Virus record (IMG/VR): IMGVR_UViG_3300036770_006954
Coordinates: 32,001 to 96,000 of that record
DNA length: 64,000 nucleotides
Strand: one strand, 5' to 3'
Source: a virus
Positions 27,263 through 36,243 of the stretch are shown piece by piece; positions within the stretch are counted from its first letter, which is position 1, and every line of letters begins with the position of its first letter. A model generated the notes under the pieces. It saw only the letters and a list, made by a program, of their open reading frames with translations. It was not told the DNA's origin and ran no database searches. Position numbers and translations under genes: made by a program.

Positions 27263-30041
27263 AGTTGTAAATGTACTGCTCCCAACCCTCTTCAGCCAAA
27301 TCATACATGTAATTTTCTGAAAGACCTCGTTTTTCCCAATATCTTACCTCACCATCAGACAAAGTCATTACCTCATCCAATTCGTCTTGGTCACCTGGAC
27401 CCATCGGATATCCGTTGATTAACTCACATTGTGTGTTGGTGAAAATACCCATCTCTTCGGGGTTATTTACAATCAACCCATTTCTTACCTCATCTTTAAA
27501 ACAAACCAATAGAGGTTCGATTCTCTTGTTAAATGTTGTAACCGCCCGTGCCACATTATAGTCCCCTGTCATCTCAGGATTATTCTCGAGGTCATCAGGA
27601 TTGAGGATGTAACAATTGAGTTTGATGTACGATACAACATCTTGTAGGACTTCACCTGTTTTTTCAAAATGTCGTTTCTTTTGAAGTTCTGAGTATTTCT
27701 TAGCGGGAACTTTCTGAACATCTCCATGTGAAGCTTTCTCACCATTGTTAACATACATAATCATGTCCCCTAAGTTTACATTCATCTTATGGTGAATGGC
27801 GAGTTCCATGTGTGCTTGACGAGACATCAAAGACCCTGCTTTGGTGGTCTGAGTACAACGAACCTTGTAATCCTCAAGGGTCTGTTTCACCTTTGCTTTC
27901 TGAGCAATCTGTGAAAGAGGAATCTGTTGGTTGTAAATCTTTTCCAAGTATTCGTAGTAGTAATCAACGAACTCCTTACCCTTACCCTCCAACAACATCT
28001 TAATACCCTTATCCAAGAATTTTTCGATGTAACCTGGTAGTTTCTTACTCTTAATAGAATTACCTGTGAGTTTAATCTTACCCTTGTAATCCATAACCGC
28101 ATAGTTCTTACGAGCAAGGTTTATACACGATGGCCATACCCCATCAGTATCCAAAGCCATTTCCCCCCTCATAAAGATGTCATTGTATTCGGCAACATCA
28201 GCTTCAGGACCTTCATAGACTTTTCCTAATTTAACTTTCCAGTTCAGTCCACGACCAACATAAGTTCGAGACTTTGCCTCCTCAGGAAGAGAAAAGTTAA
28301 CACCGTCAGTATCCATTACAAGGGGGGTATAACCACGGGACATGAAGAACTTAATCATCTGACGCAGGTACTGACGACCCGTACAGGTAATTTGTTCACC
28401 CATATACATGTCTCCCCATGCAAACACCTGTGGAGCAGAAAGAGCACCGAACATGGAGTTAATAAAGATTTTAATGGGAAGTTGTTTGTTTCCGTATGAC
28501 TCAGATTTCTTTCGGTCAATCTCGTAGTATTCTTCAGCAAGTTGTTTGTATTTGATACGAGTATCACGGAAATACTTCAACATCCCTTTCATTGCACCTG
28601 TGACATCACACTGAGGAAAAACATCGTGTACGAGTTGAATAGAAGGATACAGAGAAGAGAAGTCAAGTTTGAGGACATCCTTTGAGTATCCAACCTTTAG
28701 AAGTCGTGAGAGACCTCCTACGAAGTCTGTCTTACCTTGTTTAGCTGGGATTGCAAGATTGTTTTTGTAACTCCACGCAAGCATCAACATTTTCCACAGA
28801 GTTGCCGTACCCATGGTCGAAACTCTTTCATATGTGGTGGGAATCATCGCAGCAAGAAGAAAAGAACCCTGATTGAATTCCTTATCAACTTTCAAAGTTT
28901 CTTCCAAGTCATCTTGAAGGTATCTTTCTACAATATCAGCACCGTTAGTTAACAAATAGGTGTCAGGGAATTTTTTATCCAAATCCACAAAATCACCCTT
29001 TTTACGATACTCACCATTTTTAAGGTTTAACCAATAGTCTTGTTTTTCGGTATACATTTTACCGATACTATCGTGATTGATATACACTCGGTCAGGCTCC
29101 TTAGCGTTGATAAACTCAGAGATATACTTAAGACCAGCACTCTTAATTGAAGAGTTAATTGCTTGGGCTCGTCTTACAGCATGGATAATGTCAATTACAT
29201 TATACCCCCAAATAGAAGTCTGCATAAAGTCCTCAATCTCGTTCGCCAACTTCAACATATTCTTTTTCTGAGAAATTGAATGTTGAGGGTGAAGGGACTT
29301 ACAAACCTTTCTTATATCAATCCCCAAAATACGAGACCTTTCAAACAACCAATACCAGTCAAAGTTTGCTGAGTTATATCCCCCAATGATACTTGGTTTT
29401 AATTCGTTGATAATATTGAAAAACTCAACAATACCCTTAACCTCATCCTCTTCATTAATACACTCAATAATCTTATTGAATCCTTTATTGGTACGAATAC
29501 CAATCATGAAGATTCTTCCGTCCTTGGGTTCGAGTGAGGTGGTCTCCAAGTCATACACCAAACGAGTTACATCATCATAGTCTTCGTAACCTTTGAAAAG
29601 TCGTTTTTCTTTTGAGATAAAGTATTGCTCAACGGGGGGGAGAATAAGAATTTTATCACGGAACTTATCACTCCATGGGTCAGCACCACCCTCTCGGAAA
29701 AATTGAATGAGATGACGATATCCCTTAAGTGACTTAACCATAAAGGTTAATCCTTTTTCCATACGAGGGTCACCGTGAGTCTGAAGTTTTTCGATAACGA
29801 TACCATGTTTGGTCATCGCTTCCTTCTGTAAACCTTTTGAGTTTTGATAAAAGCCCATATTATGAAGGTCACCAACCCAACAAAATGGGATAAATGTATC
29901 CTTACGAATTTCTTTCCCCTTGCCAGGTATTTCCTTGATTTTATAAATGGAGTCGGATGCGTAGTCAAATTCACACGCTACGATAAATTCTTCAGGGTCA
30001 TTACCCTCCAAGAATGACTTGATAACTTCTTCGTCAATCAT
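27240..30041 (-). CDS. polB: DNA polymerase, family B
   Basis: Exonuclease motifs 'YDLETT', 'GYNSANFD', 'YLQDD'; polymerase motifs 'LDFSSLYPS', 'KIFINSMFG', 'MDTDGV'. Confidence 0.95.
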   Translation of the reverse strand: MIDEEVIKSFLEGNDPEEFIVACEFDYASDSIYKIKEIPGKGKEIRKDTFIPFCWVGDLHNMGFYQNSKGLQKEAMTKHGIVIEKLQTHGDPRMEKGLTFMVKSLKGYRHLIQFFREGGADPWSDKFRDKILILPPVEQYFISKEKRLFKGYEDYDDVTRLVYDLETTSLEPKDGRIFMIGIRTNKGFNKIIECINEEDEVKGIVEFFNIINELKPSIIGGYNSANFDWYWLFERSRILGIDIRKVCKSLHPQHSISQKKNMLKLANEIEDFMQTSIWGYNVIDIIHAVRRAQAINSSIKSAGLKYISEFINAKEPDRVYINHDSIGKMYTEKQDYWLNLKNGEYRKKGDFVDLDKKFPDTYLLTNGADIVERYLQDDLEETLKVDKEFNQGSFLLAAMIPTTYERVSTMGTATLWKMLMLAWSYKNNLAIPAKQGKTDFVGGLSRLLKVGYSKDVLKLDFSSLYPSIQLVHDVFPQCDVTGAMKGMLKYFRDTRIKYKQLAEEYYEIDRKKSESYGNKQLPIKIFINSMFGALSAPQVFAWGDMYMGEQITCTGRQYLRQMIKFFMSRGYTPLVMDTDGVNFSLPEEAKSRTYVGRGLNWKVKLGKVYEGPEADVAEYNDIFMRGEMALDTDGVWPSCINLARKNYAVMDYKGKIKLTGNSIKSKKLPGYIEKFLDKGIKMLLEGKGKEFVDYYYEYLEKIYNQQIPLSQIAQKAKVKQTLEDYKVRCTQTTKAGSLMSRQAHMELAIHHKMNVNLGDMIMYVNNGEKASHGDVQKVPAKKYSELQKKRHFEKTGEVLQDVVSYIKLNCYILNPDDLENNPEMTGDYNVARAVTTFNKRIEPLLVCFKDEVRNGLIVNNPEEMGIFTNTQCELINGYPMGPGDQDELDEVMTLSDGEVRYWEKRGLSENYMYDLAEEGWEQYIYNYETENIS

Positions 30042-30057
30042 ATTTTAAATTTTTACC

Positions 30058-30102
30058 GAGTGACACATTATCTTCCACAACTAAGTGGAGTTTGTCTTAC
30101 TC
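30058..30102 (-). promoter_or_regulatory. Structured 5' leader of the DNA polymerase mRNA (candidate translational operator)
   Basis: Nested stems GAGT/ACTC, GACA/TGTC and TCCAC/GTGGA (loop TTAGTT), ending 16 nt before the ATG. Confidence 0.5.
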
Positions 30103-30109
30103 ATTCATT

Positions 30110-30142
30110 GATAAATATAAAAGACCCGAAGTGGGTTGTCAA
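30110..30142 (-). promoter_or_regulatory. Sigma70-like promoter (TTGACA-N17-TATATT) overlapping a TATTTATC motif, upstream of polB
   Basis: Minus strand TTGACA acccacttcgggtcttt TATATT tatc. Confidence 0.6.
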
Positions 30143-30143
30143 A

Positions 30144-30542
30144 CTAGCAACACGCTTGTTCAGAAATAAAACTATCTTCAATATTGATATAGAGCTCCTC
30201 ACGGATAGGGACAATCAAACTTCCTTGTTGTGTGCCAAGTAGTCCACTGTTCTTAATCAAAAATTGTCCTTGATATCTTCCAGGAGTATCAGTTTGTCTT
30301 GAGGTGAATTGATAATAGATATAATACTCGGTAGGCGCTCCTGGTTCACTTGGTATTAAACTCACAATAGAACATGGGGCACCCACAATTTTTGGAATTC
30401 CTGTTTTTACATCGACCATTGAAAAGAATATGGTGGCGAGTTCTAATAACTCCATTGTATCACCATAAGTGCTTCTACCATCTTGAACAACCTGCATCTT
30501 AAGTACAGGAAGAGTTGCGTTTTTCCTAATAAAGAATTCCAT
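30144..30542 (-). CDS. BppU-N-like Ig-fold structural protein
   Basis: 'FFIRKNATLP.L', 'YYQFTSRQTDTPGRYQGQFLI', 'PIREELYINI'; TATTTATC motif upstream. Confidence 0.55.
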   Translation of the reverse strand: MEFFIRKNATLPVLKMQVVQDGRSTYGDTMELLELATIFFSMVDVKTGIPKIVGAPCSIVSLIPSEPGAPTEYYIYYQFTSRQTDTPGRYQGQFLIKNSGLLGTQQGSLIVPIREELYINIEDSFISEQACC

Positions 30543-30560
30543 ACAAAGATAAATACTTTG

Positions 30561-32231
30561 TTAGGACTCTTTTCTTAACTTCCCATCGTAGAATTCAAAT
30601 CTGTCGTGTTCAGTAGGTGTTGCAAACAACAATGCGGGTTTGATGTTTCCCTTTTTCGTTTCTTGATAGATGTGACTCATCCAAGTTTGTTCGAAAGGTC
30701 TATCCCACTTTGTGGTTAGGAACATTTTTTCATTACCATACTTCGTCACCACTTGTGGCCAGTTACAATAATACACCTCACCAATACCATACGCCAATTT
30801 TTTATATGAACGAACTTCGTTGAATTTGGTTCTTGGGGCGTTAGGGTCCAATCCTTGAACGGGTAAAGTTGGTTTTTCGGGCCAGTACTCTTCTCGGATA
30901 TGTTGAGGAACATTATACCAAGACCATTGTGTCCCATTATCACCATAAAACTCAGTAAAATTAAGTTTCAAGAAGTCCAAAGAATCTTTCTTTGCAATTT
31001 GAATAGATTTGTTGTATAGGTCAGGAATTTTTCTTATAAAACCATTTTTACAAGTTTCGTCTGCACCACCGTAAAAGAACATATCATCTTCAAAAAACCA
31101 ATAAAAGTCAAATTTGTTTTCTTGGGAATGTTCTGCAATCCATTGTCTTCCACCACAAATTCCTAAGTTGTCTTTTTTAATATGTTCGAATCCAAATTCA
31201 TCACACAACTCTCTATATCTTTCAGTTGTAGTTAAATCTGATGAATTATCTAACAAAAACTTTTTTGGTTTATCCAAAAAGTTTCTATCATACATTTCCA
31301 TTGATTTGATGAGGGTCTCAAACTGATTGGGGCTATTGAATGTGATTACATATAGTGCAGAGTTATCAATATTCAAATCAGAATAAACAATTTTACCCTG
31401 TGTATTTTTAACTTTATGTGTGTCGTTTTTGACATCTTCGCAAAATTTACCAATAAGACCATTGGACTCAATTTCATAGTAATCGAAAATATCGGGGTGA
31501 CGGTAAAGAAGAATACTAAATAAAGATTCTTCAGTACCCATCAGACCATCTGATAAAGTTTGATTCATTAGGTTGTAATAAAGTCCATTAACATCAGAAA
31601 TGGTGTCTTTACTACCACCGAAGATTCCACCACGACAAACCAATTTCACATGATTTCCCGCGTAATTGTTAATTTTAGGGTAAGTAAAACCATGAATTTC
31701 TCTTTCAGCGGCGTAAGGAAATGCAATGAAACCGAACTTAGAAAAAAGGTTATGAAACTTGTGGTGAATTTTATCGTGAGTAAAATAACCAGGATGAACC
31801 GTATTGGTTATGCCAGCATCAATCCAAAACATATGTGTCGATTCAAAAGAGTCAAAAATTCTCGCATCGTTAAGTAAAAACATTTTGGACATAACCAAAG
31901 GGTTATACATCTCCAAACGAGCCTGAGTTGATTCAGGTAACCAACCCGATTGATTAAACCATTCAGGATTTGTTCTAATTTTTTGAATCTTGTCGTGAAA
32001 ATCATTTTTGAACCAAGATTGGTCCCTAACGATAAATTGAGTATTTTCACGAGCTCTTCTTTCCCAAACAAAACCTTCGAGTTCCTTTTCCCCAAAAATT
32101 ATTAAGTTAGCATCGATTCGAAGTAGTTGTTCAAATTTATCTAAATAGTGTTGAAAAGAACGGGACCAACCCTCTTGAAGTTCATCTCGTTTAATATTCC
32201 ATAAACCTGTGACAAATGTAATATTATTCAT
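30561..32231 (-). CDS. Bifunctional HtrL/YibB-like + GT-A-fold glycosyltransferase
   Basis: N-terminal half 'ITFVTGLWNI..Y..KF', 'SKMFLL', 'FWIDAG', 'GGIFGG', 'GTEESL'; C-terminal half 'DNLGICGGRQ', 'FFEDDMFF'. Probable start MNNITF at 32231. Confidence 0.7.
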   Translation of the reverse strand: MNNITFVTGLWNIKRDELQEGWSRSFQHYLDKFEQLLRIDANLIIFGEKELEGFVWERRARENTQFIVRDQSWFKNDFHDKIQKIRTNPEWFNQSGWLPESTQARLEMYNPLVMSKMFLLNDARIFDSFESTHMFWIDAGITNTVHPGYFTHDKIHHKFHNLFSKFGFIAFPYAAEREIHGFTYPKINNYAGNHVKLVCRGGIFGGSKDTISDVNGLYYNLMNQTLSDGLMGTEESLFSILLYRHPDIFDYYEIESNGLIGKFCEDVKNDTHKVKNTQGKIVYSDLNIDNSALYVITFNSPNQFETLIKSMEMYDRNFLDKPKKFLLDNSSDLTTTERYRELCDEFGFEHIKKDNLGICGGRQWIAEHSQENKFDFYWFFEDDMFFYGGADETCKNGFIRKIPDLYNKSIQIAKKDSLDFLKLNFTEFYGDNGTQWSWYNVPQHIREEYWPEKPTLPVQGLDPNAPRTKFNEVRSYKKLAYGIGEVYYCNWPQVVTKYGNEKMFLTTKWDRPFEQTWMSHIYQETKKGNIKPALLFATPTEHDRFEFYDGKLRKES

Positions 32232-33105
32232 ATATGTTGTTAAATTCTTCAAATATTTTATAGAAACTTCTGTTTATAACAAAAAAATCCTCTTGTAATC
32301 CCTTGATTCCTGAATCAGGAGACCACCAAACATCAAAAAATTTTTTATTGACTAATTCAGGATGGTTAAATGAAATTAATGTCATAATCAATTCTTCATA
32401 TGGATGTTGATTATCTTCATCCATAATTCGTGTTAGGTAGTTGTCAAATAAATCGACCATTTGTCTCCATTTATCTCTGCGTCCACCGAACAATCCTCCA
32501 ACAACATGTAAAGACCTATCATAATTGATATACCACTTTGGATTCACAGTTCCCGACCAATAATTTCTTTCATTGTCCTTGGCAATCATAAAAAATTTAT
32601 CGCCAGTAAATTCAATTAAATTTTTCAACATTTCATTATTGAATTGATTACATTCGTAATACCTTTGTTCAATATGTTTTGAGGTCAGGTACTTATTTGG
32701 AAACAAACCAACGTGTGACAATCCCGCGTCAATCCAATAATAATAATCATAAGACCCGTCTTCATAATCAAACCATTCGAATTTGGCGTATTGAATTTCT
32801 AAACATCTATCACCCCTTTTGATTTCATCAACTTGTTTAATTGAATTTAATCTTTCAGAGTGTCTTGTTTTGGTTATATCGAAAACTCTGATTTCTAATT
32901 TTTCTTTAGAAATTTGATGTTGATTGTAAAAAAAGTTGATAAGAGAATCATATTCTCTTTCTGAAGTGTAACATAAAAAGTCGGCTTCAGTCATTTTTAA
33001 CAACGACAATAGACTCCATCTATAGTGTCCGTTTCTACCTGGTCTTCCTCCCAAGTCAGTACCATTTAGGTCACTGTAGATACATGTAATAAACTTAGTT
33101 TTCAT
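32224..33105 (-). CDS. HtrL/YibB-like putative glycosyltransferase
   Basis: 'YAKF', 'YYWIDAGL', 'VGGLFGG', 'YEELIM'; paralogous to the N-terminal half of the next gene. Confidence 0.65.
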   Translation of the reverse strand: MKTKFITCIYSDLNGTDLGGRPGRNGHYRWSLLSLLKMTEADFLCYTSEREYDSLINFFYNQHQISKEKLEIRVFDITKTRHSERLNSIKQVDEIKRGDRCLEIQYAKFEWFDYEDGSYDYYYWIDAGLSHVGLFPNKYLTSKHIEQRYYECNQFNNEMLKNLIEFTGDKFFMIAKDNERNYWSGTVNPKWYINYDRSLHVVGGLFGGRRDKWRQMVDLFDNYLTRIMDEDNQHPYEELIMTLISFNHPELVNKKFFDVWWSPDSGIKGLQEDFFVINRSFYKIFEEFNNIYE

Positions 33106-33830
33106 ATAGAAATTTCTGTGAAAATTTTATCCTGTTTAGTTTTAATATTTTGTGTAAGGTTCAGATACTCGGAAGGAATTTTGACTGGTGAATATTGGTT
33201 CCAATTATATGTTTGTGTATAAAAATTATTATAAACCCCATGTGACACATCTGACCAGTCACTAATTTGTGGTGCAATTGGTATTACGGGAGAATAACTT
33301 TGTTTTTTACTCATAATGAATTGATAAATAAAATCATCAATCGCATAATAACCCAAATTTTCTTTAGGTTCTAATTTCAAGACTTCATCGTAAACACTAT
33401 GGTGATAAATAATCATATTTGTTGCGAAGATACCTCTGTGGTGCTCCAATTTTGGTGGAAAATTTGTCAAATCCAATAAAGTTGAATATTGTTCACTTCT
33501 ATTAACAGGTCGATTTAGTGTTGGTGATAAATTAAATATACCGTAATCAATACCTTCAGTTTCGGTAGTAATTTTTTCAATAAGAGACTTGGCGTAGGGC
33601 ATAATTGAACAATCATCTTCAATCACCATTACCTCATCTAAACCTTTTTTAATTGCACTCTTTATTATCTCAATATGAGATAAAGAACAACCACCGTGGT
33701 CATTAGTATCTACAGCACTAAATCTTTCAAAGTCCCAACCAATATAATCCATTTCAAAATGAATGGATTGCATTCTGTCATGTCTTCTATCTAAATTGAC
33801 AACATACTTGTAAATTTTATTAATATCCAT
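33102..33830 (-). CDS. GT25-family glycosyltransferase (beta-galactosyltransferase-like)
   Basis: 'VVNLDRRHDR', 'FERFSAVD', 'GCSLSH', 'VIEDD', 'AIDDF'. Confidence 0.85.
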   Translation of the reverse strand: MDINKIYKYVVNLDRRHDRMQSIHFEMDYIGWDFERFSAVDTNDHGGCSLSHIEIIKSAIKKGLDEVMVIEDDCSIMPYAKSLIEKITTETEGIDYGIFNLSPTLNRPVNRSEQYSTLLDLTNFPPKLEHHRGIFATNMIIYHHSVYDEVLKLEPKENLGYYAIDDFIYQFIMSKKQSYSPVIPIAPQISDWSDVSHGVYNNFYTQTYNWNQYSPVKIPSEYLNLTQNIKTKQDKIFTEISI

Positions 33831-35077
33831 TACAAGTTTCCTGTTAGACGGTCACACCAACCTTTTGACTCAGAGTGTGGCCATACAACCCAATAAGCCG
33901 GTTTTTGTGTTGTTTGGAACTCTCTCCAAATTTTACAATATTTGTCGGGGTCATTCATCATCCTCGAGATTTCAGCTTTGTCGGCATCCTTCCTAAATAA
34001 TGTCGAATCATCAGAACCATGGAATGCTACAACCCAAAAATCATAATCTTTTTCGGGTACACTAGCATAACCCACATCAATACAATGCTTGAACACTTGT
34101 GCAAAATCTTTTTTCCATTCTTCCTCGTTCTCGTAATTGTATGGGTTTGGGGGGTAATGTTTATCAATGGTATATTGTTGGACTGCTCTTTTCTCGAACA
34201 AAATCCCCGCATACTTTTCATAATCTCTCAGAGTCCTTTCAGTACCAAAACCATAAAGTCCATCATGACCTTCTTGAATTTCACCATCCATACCAAATAA
34301 TTTTCTGTTGGTAAGGTGAGACTTGTTGTTTTTATCGACCCATTGCTTGTCGTCATCCCATTGCTTGGTTCTACCCTTACGAGTGTATTCGTGCCAAATA
34401 AGAACCTTATGAGGGTGAAACAAATCATAACCCCAAGTGTATGCCCTTGCAGCAATCGAAATTTCCTCGCCATGAAAGTAATACTCAGGATTGTGTTGAA
34501 CCTCAGTTGAAAATTGTCCAAGAGTAAATGCATAGTGTGCTGAATAAAATCTTGCGGGAACGGGTTCTTTCATATCCCTCCAACCTGGAATTGTTTCAGG
34601 AAGGAAAAACACAGCGCCCTCAGGGATGAATCGGTCAAAAACCATTCTCCAAGGTTCTTGAACTCTTCCTGATGGGTCATTATCAGGGTCAAATGATGAA
34701 ACATATCCTGTTAGTAGGGGCTTTTTATGACCTTTTTTTTGAAGTTGTTTAACCATCTTTATCATTTCATCATCCCAATTTGGTGCAAACCTCATATGTG
34801 AATCAATTTGAAGTGTGTACTCTTCACCCTCATAAAGTTGTTGTGTTAGATTTCTCGCCCAACAAACTCCTTTCGAGTCTTCATATGGAATATTTAAAAT
34901 ACGAAAACGCTTATCGTTTTCATATTCAGTCAAATCATCAAACTTGTCGTCAGTATGAAATTGTCTTGAGATTGCAATTCTTAAATTTTTAGGTCTTTTA
35001 GCGTTCGCTATCATATCCCTCAAAGTGTGGATAAGTTGTGGGTCTCTATAAGAGGCAATTTGAACAAATATTTTCAT
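33830..35077 (-). CDS. GT60-family polypeptide alpha-GlcNAc-transferase (Skp1 Gnt1/Gnt2/TcOGNT-like)
   Basis: 'IFVQIASYRDP', 'GVCWAR', 'LQIDSHMRF..NWD', 'YFHGEEISIAARAYTWGYDLFHP...WHEY'. Confidence 0.85.
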   Translation of the reverse strand: MKIFVQIASYRDPQLIHTLRDMIANAKRPKNLRIAISRQFHTDDKFDDLTEYENDKRFRILNIPYEDSKGVCWARNLTQQLYEGEEYTLQIDSHMRFAPNWDDEMIKMVKQLQKKGHKKPLLTGYVSSFDPDNDPSGRVQEPWRMVFDRFIPEGAVFFLPETIPGWRDMKEPVPARFYSAHYAFTLGQFSTEVQHNPEYYFHGEEISIAARAYTWGYDLFHPHKVLIWHEYTRKGRTKQWDDDKQWVDKNNKSHLTNRKLFGMDGEIQEGHDGLYGFGTERTLRDYEKYAGILFEKRAVQQYTIDKHYPPNPYNYENEEEWKKDFAQVFKHCIDVGYASVPEKDYDFWVVAFHGSDDSTLFRKDADKAEISRMMNDPDKYCKIWREFQTTQKPAYWVVWPHSESKGWCDRLTGNL

Positions 35078-35138
35078 TAACTAAATTTTTACAAAAAAAA
35101 TAAGTATAATGAAAATAAAATGAATATTCCTTTTAAAC

Positions 35139-35164
35139 AAAAAACCCCTCACAAAGGAGGGGTT
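35139..35164 (-). terminator. Rho-independent terminator after the mucin-like gene block
   Basis: Minus strand AACCCCTC-CTTTGT-GAGGGGTT followed by TTTT. Confidence 0.75.
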
Positions 35165-35167
35165 ATT

Positions 35168-36187
35168 TTAACAAGGTGTTTCGTTATTTATGAATCCGTT
35201 TCCATTTATCACCTCGAACGCAGATGTTCCATCTGACCAATAACCATCATTTACAGGTGTAGTCAACGAGGTATCTAAGAATAAAAATTCACCTGTTGTT
35301 GGCCCTTGTGGTTGTGAGCTACTTGAGTAAACATTAAATGTTGTAACACTTGTACAAGCATCAATTGCTGTTGCCCCTGAGGTTAATAGATACGACCAAT
35401 AAGATATTGTTGGTGTTGGTGTCATACTTGTTGTAGGTGTATTCGTCGGAGTTTCTGTTGGCGTTGAAGTAATGGACGCAGTCAAACTAACGGTCGGCGT
35501 ATTAGTTGGTGTTTCTGTATTAGTTGGTGTGTTTGTTGGAGTTTGTGTCAAGGTTGGACAAACTGAAATAAATAAGAAATTCCCTGAAGAATCAACTTCA
35601 ATAACAATACCATTGAAATTATAGAAACCTGTCATATTGATTGTTGCTGGTCCTGCAGGAACGTTCGAGAGTAAAGATACATCCCCCCAAACAGAGTCGT
35701 TACCATATACCGTAATTGGTCCATTGATATTACCACACGCATCTAATAAAGTTGAACCGCTATAAACACTGAATGGAGTCAATGCTGGCGGAGTTACGCT
35801 AGGTGTGGGTGTGTTAGTTGGTGTTTCAGACGGCGTTTGGGTTGGGGTTTGTGTATTAGTCGTAGTGTTAGTTGGTGTGTTTGTTGGTGTCTCTGAAGGT
35901 GTTTGTGTTGGTGTATTTGTTGGTGTTTCTGAAGGTGTTTGTGTTGGGGTTGGCGTGTTTGTCGCACTTGGAGTTGGCGACATAGCAAACGGAAAGGAAC
36001 CAAAATCTGTAACAGTAATGATTGTTGGCATTGCTGTAGAATAGGTACCATCTATCAACCAAATATTGCAGGCATGTCCTGCGGGAAGTAAAACATCGTA
36101 TACCCACATTTGATTCGAACACTCTTGATATGAATAAACACCATTTGAAGATGTGTTATTAGTTAAAAGATATTTTCTACACGCCAT
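35168..36187 (-). CDS. Mucin-like Thr/Pro-repeat putative virion protein
   Basis: 339 aa; Cys-containing module plus two TPT/TETP tracts separating repeated 'SG(S/A)T..DAC' domains; TATTTATT motif upstream. Confidence 0.75.
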   Translation of the reverse strand: MACRKYLLTNNTSSNGVYSYQECSNQMWVYDVLLPAGHACNIWLIDGTYSTAMPTIITVTDFGSFPFAMSPTPSATNTPTPTQTPSETPTNTPTQTPSETPTNTPTNTTTNTQTPTQTPSETPTNTPTPSVTPPALTPFSVYSGSTLLDACGNINGPITVYGNDSVWGDVSLLSNVPAGPATINMTGFYNFNGIVIEVDSSGNFLFISVCPTLTQTPTNTPTNTETPTNTPTVSLTASITSTPTETPTNTPTTSMTPTPTISYWSYLLTSGATAIDACTSVTTFNVYSSSSQPQGPTTGEFLFLDTSLTTPVNDGYWSDGTSAFEVINGNGFINNETPC

Positions 36188-36243
36188 TTTTTCGTTTTTT
36201 TAATAAATATTATAATATTTCAAATTATTTCAAGTCTGACTTT

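Noticed and set aside
27240-30041. Intein or intron in the DNA polymerase
   Set aside because: Motifs are continuous at normal length; no splice-junction or homing-endonuclease signature
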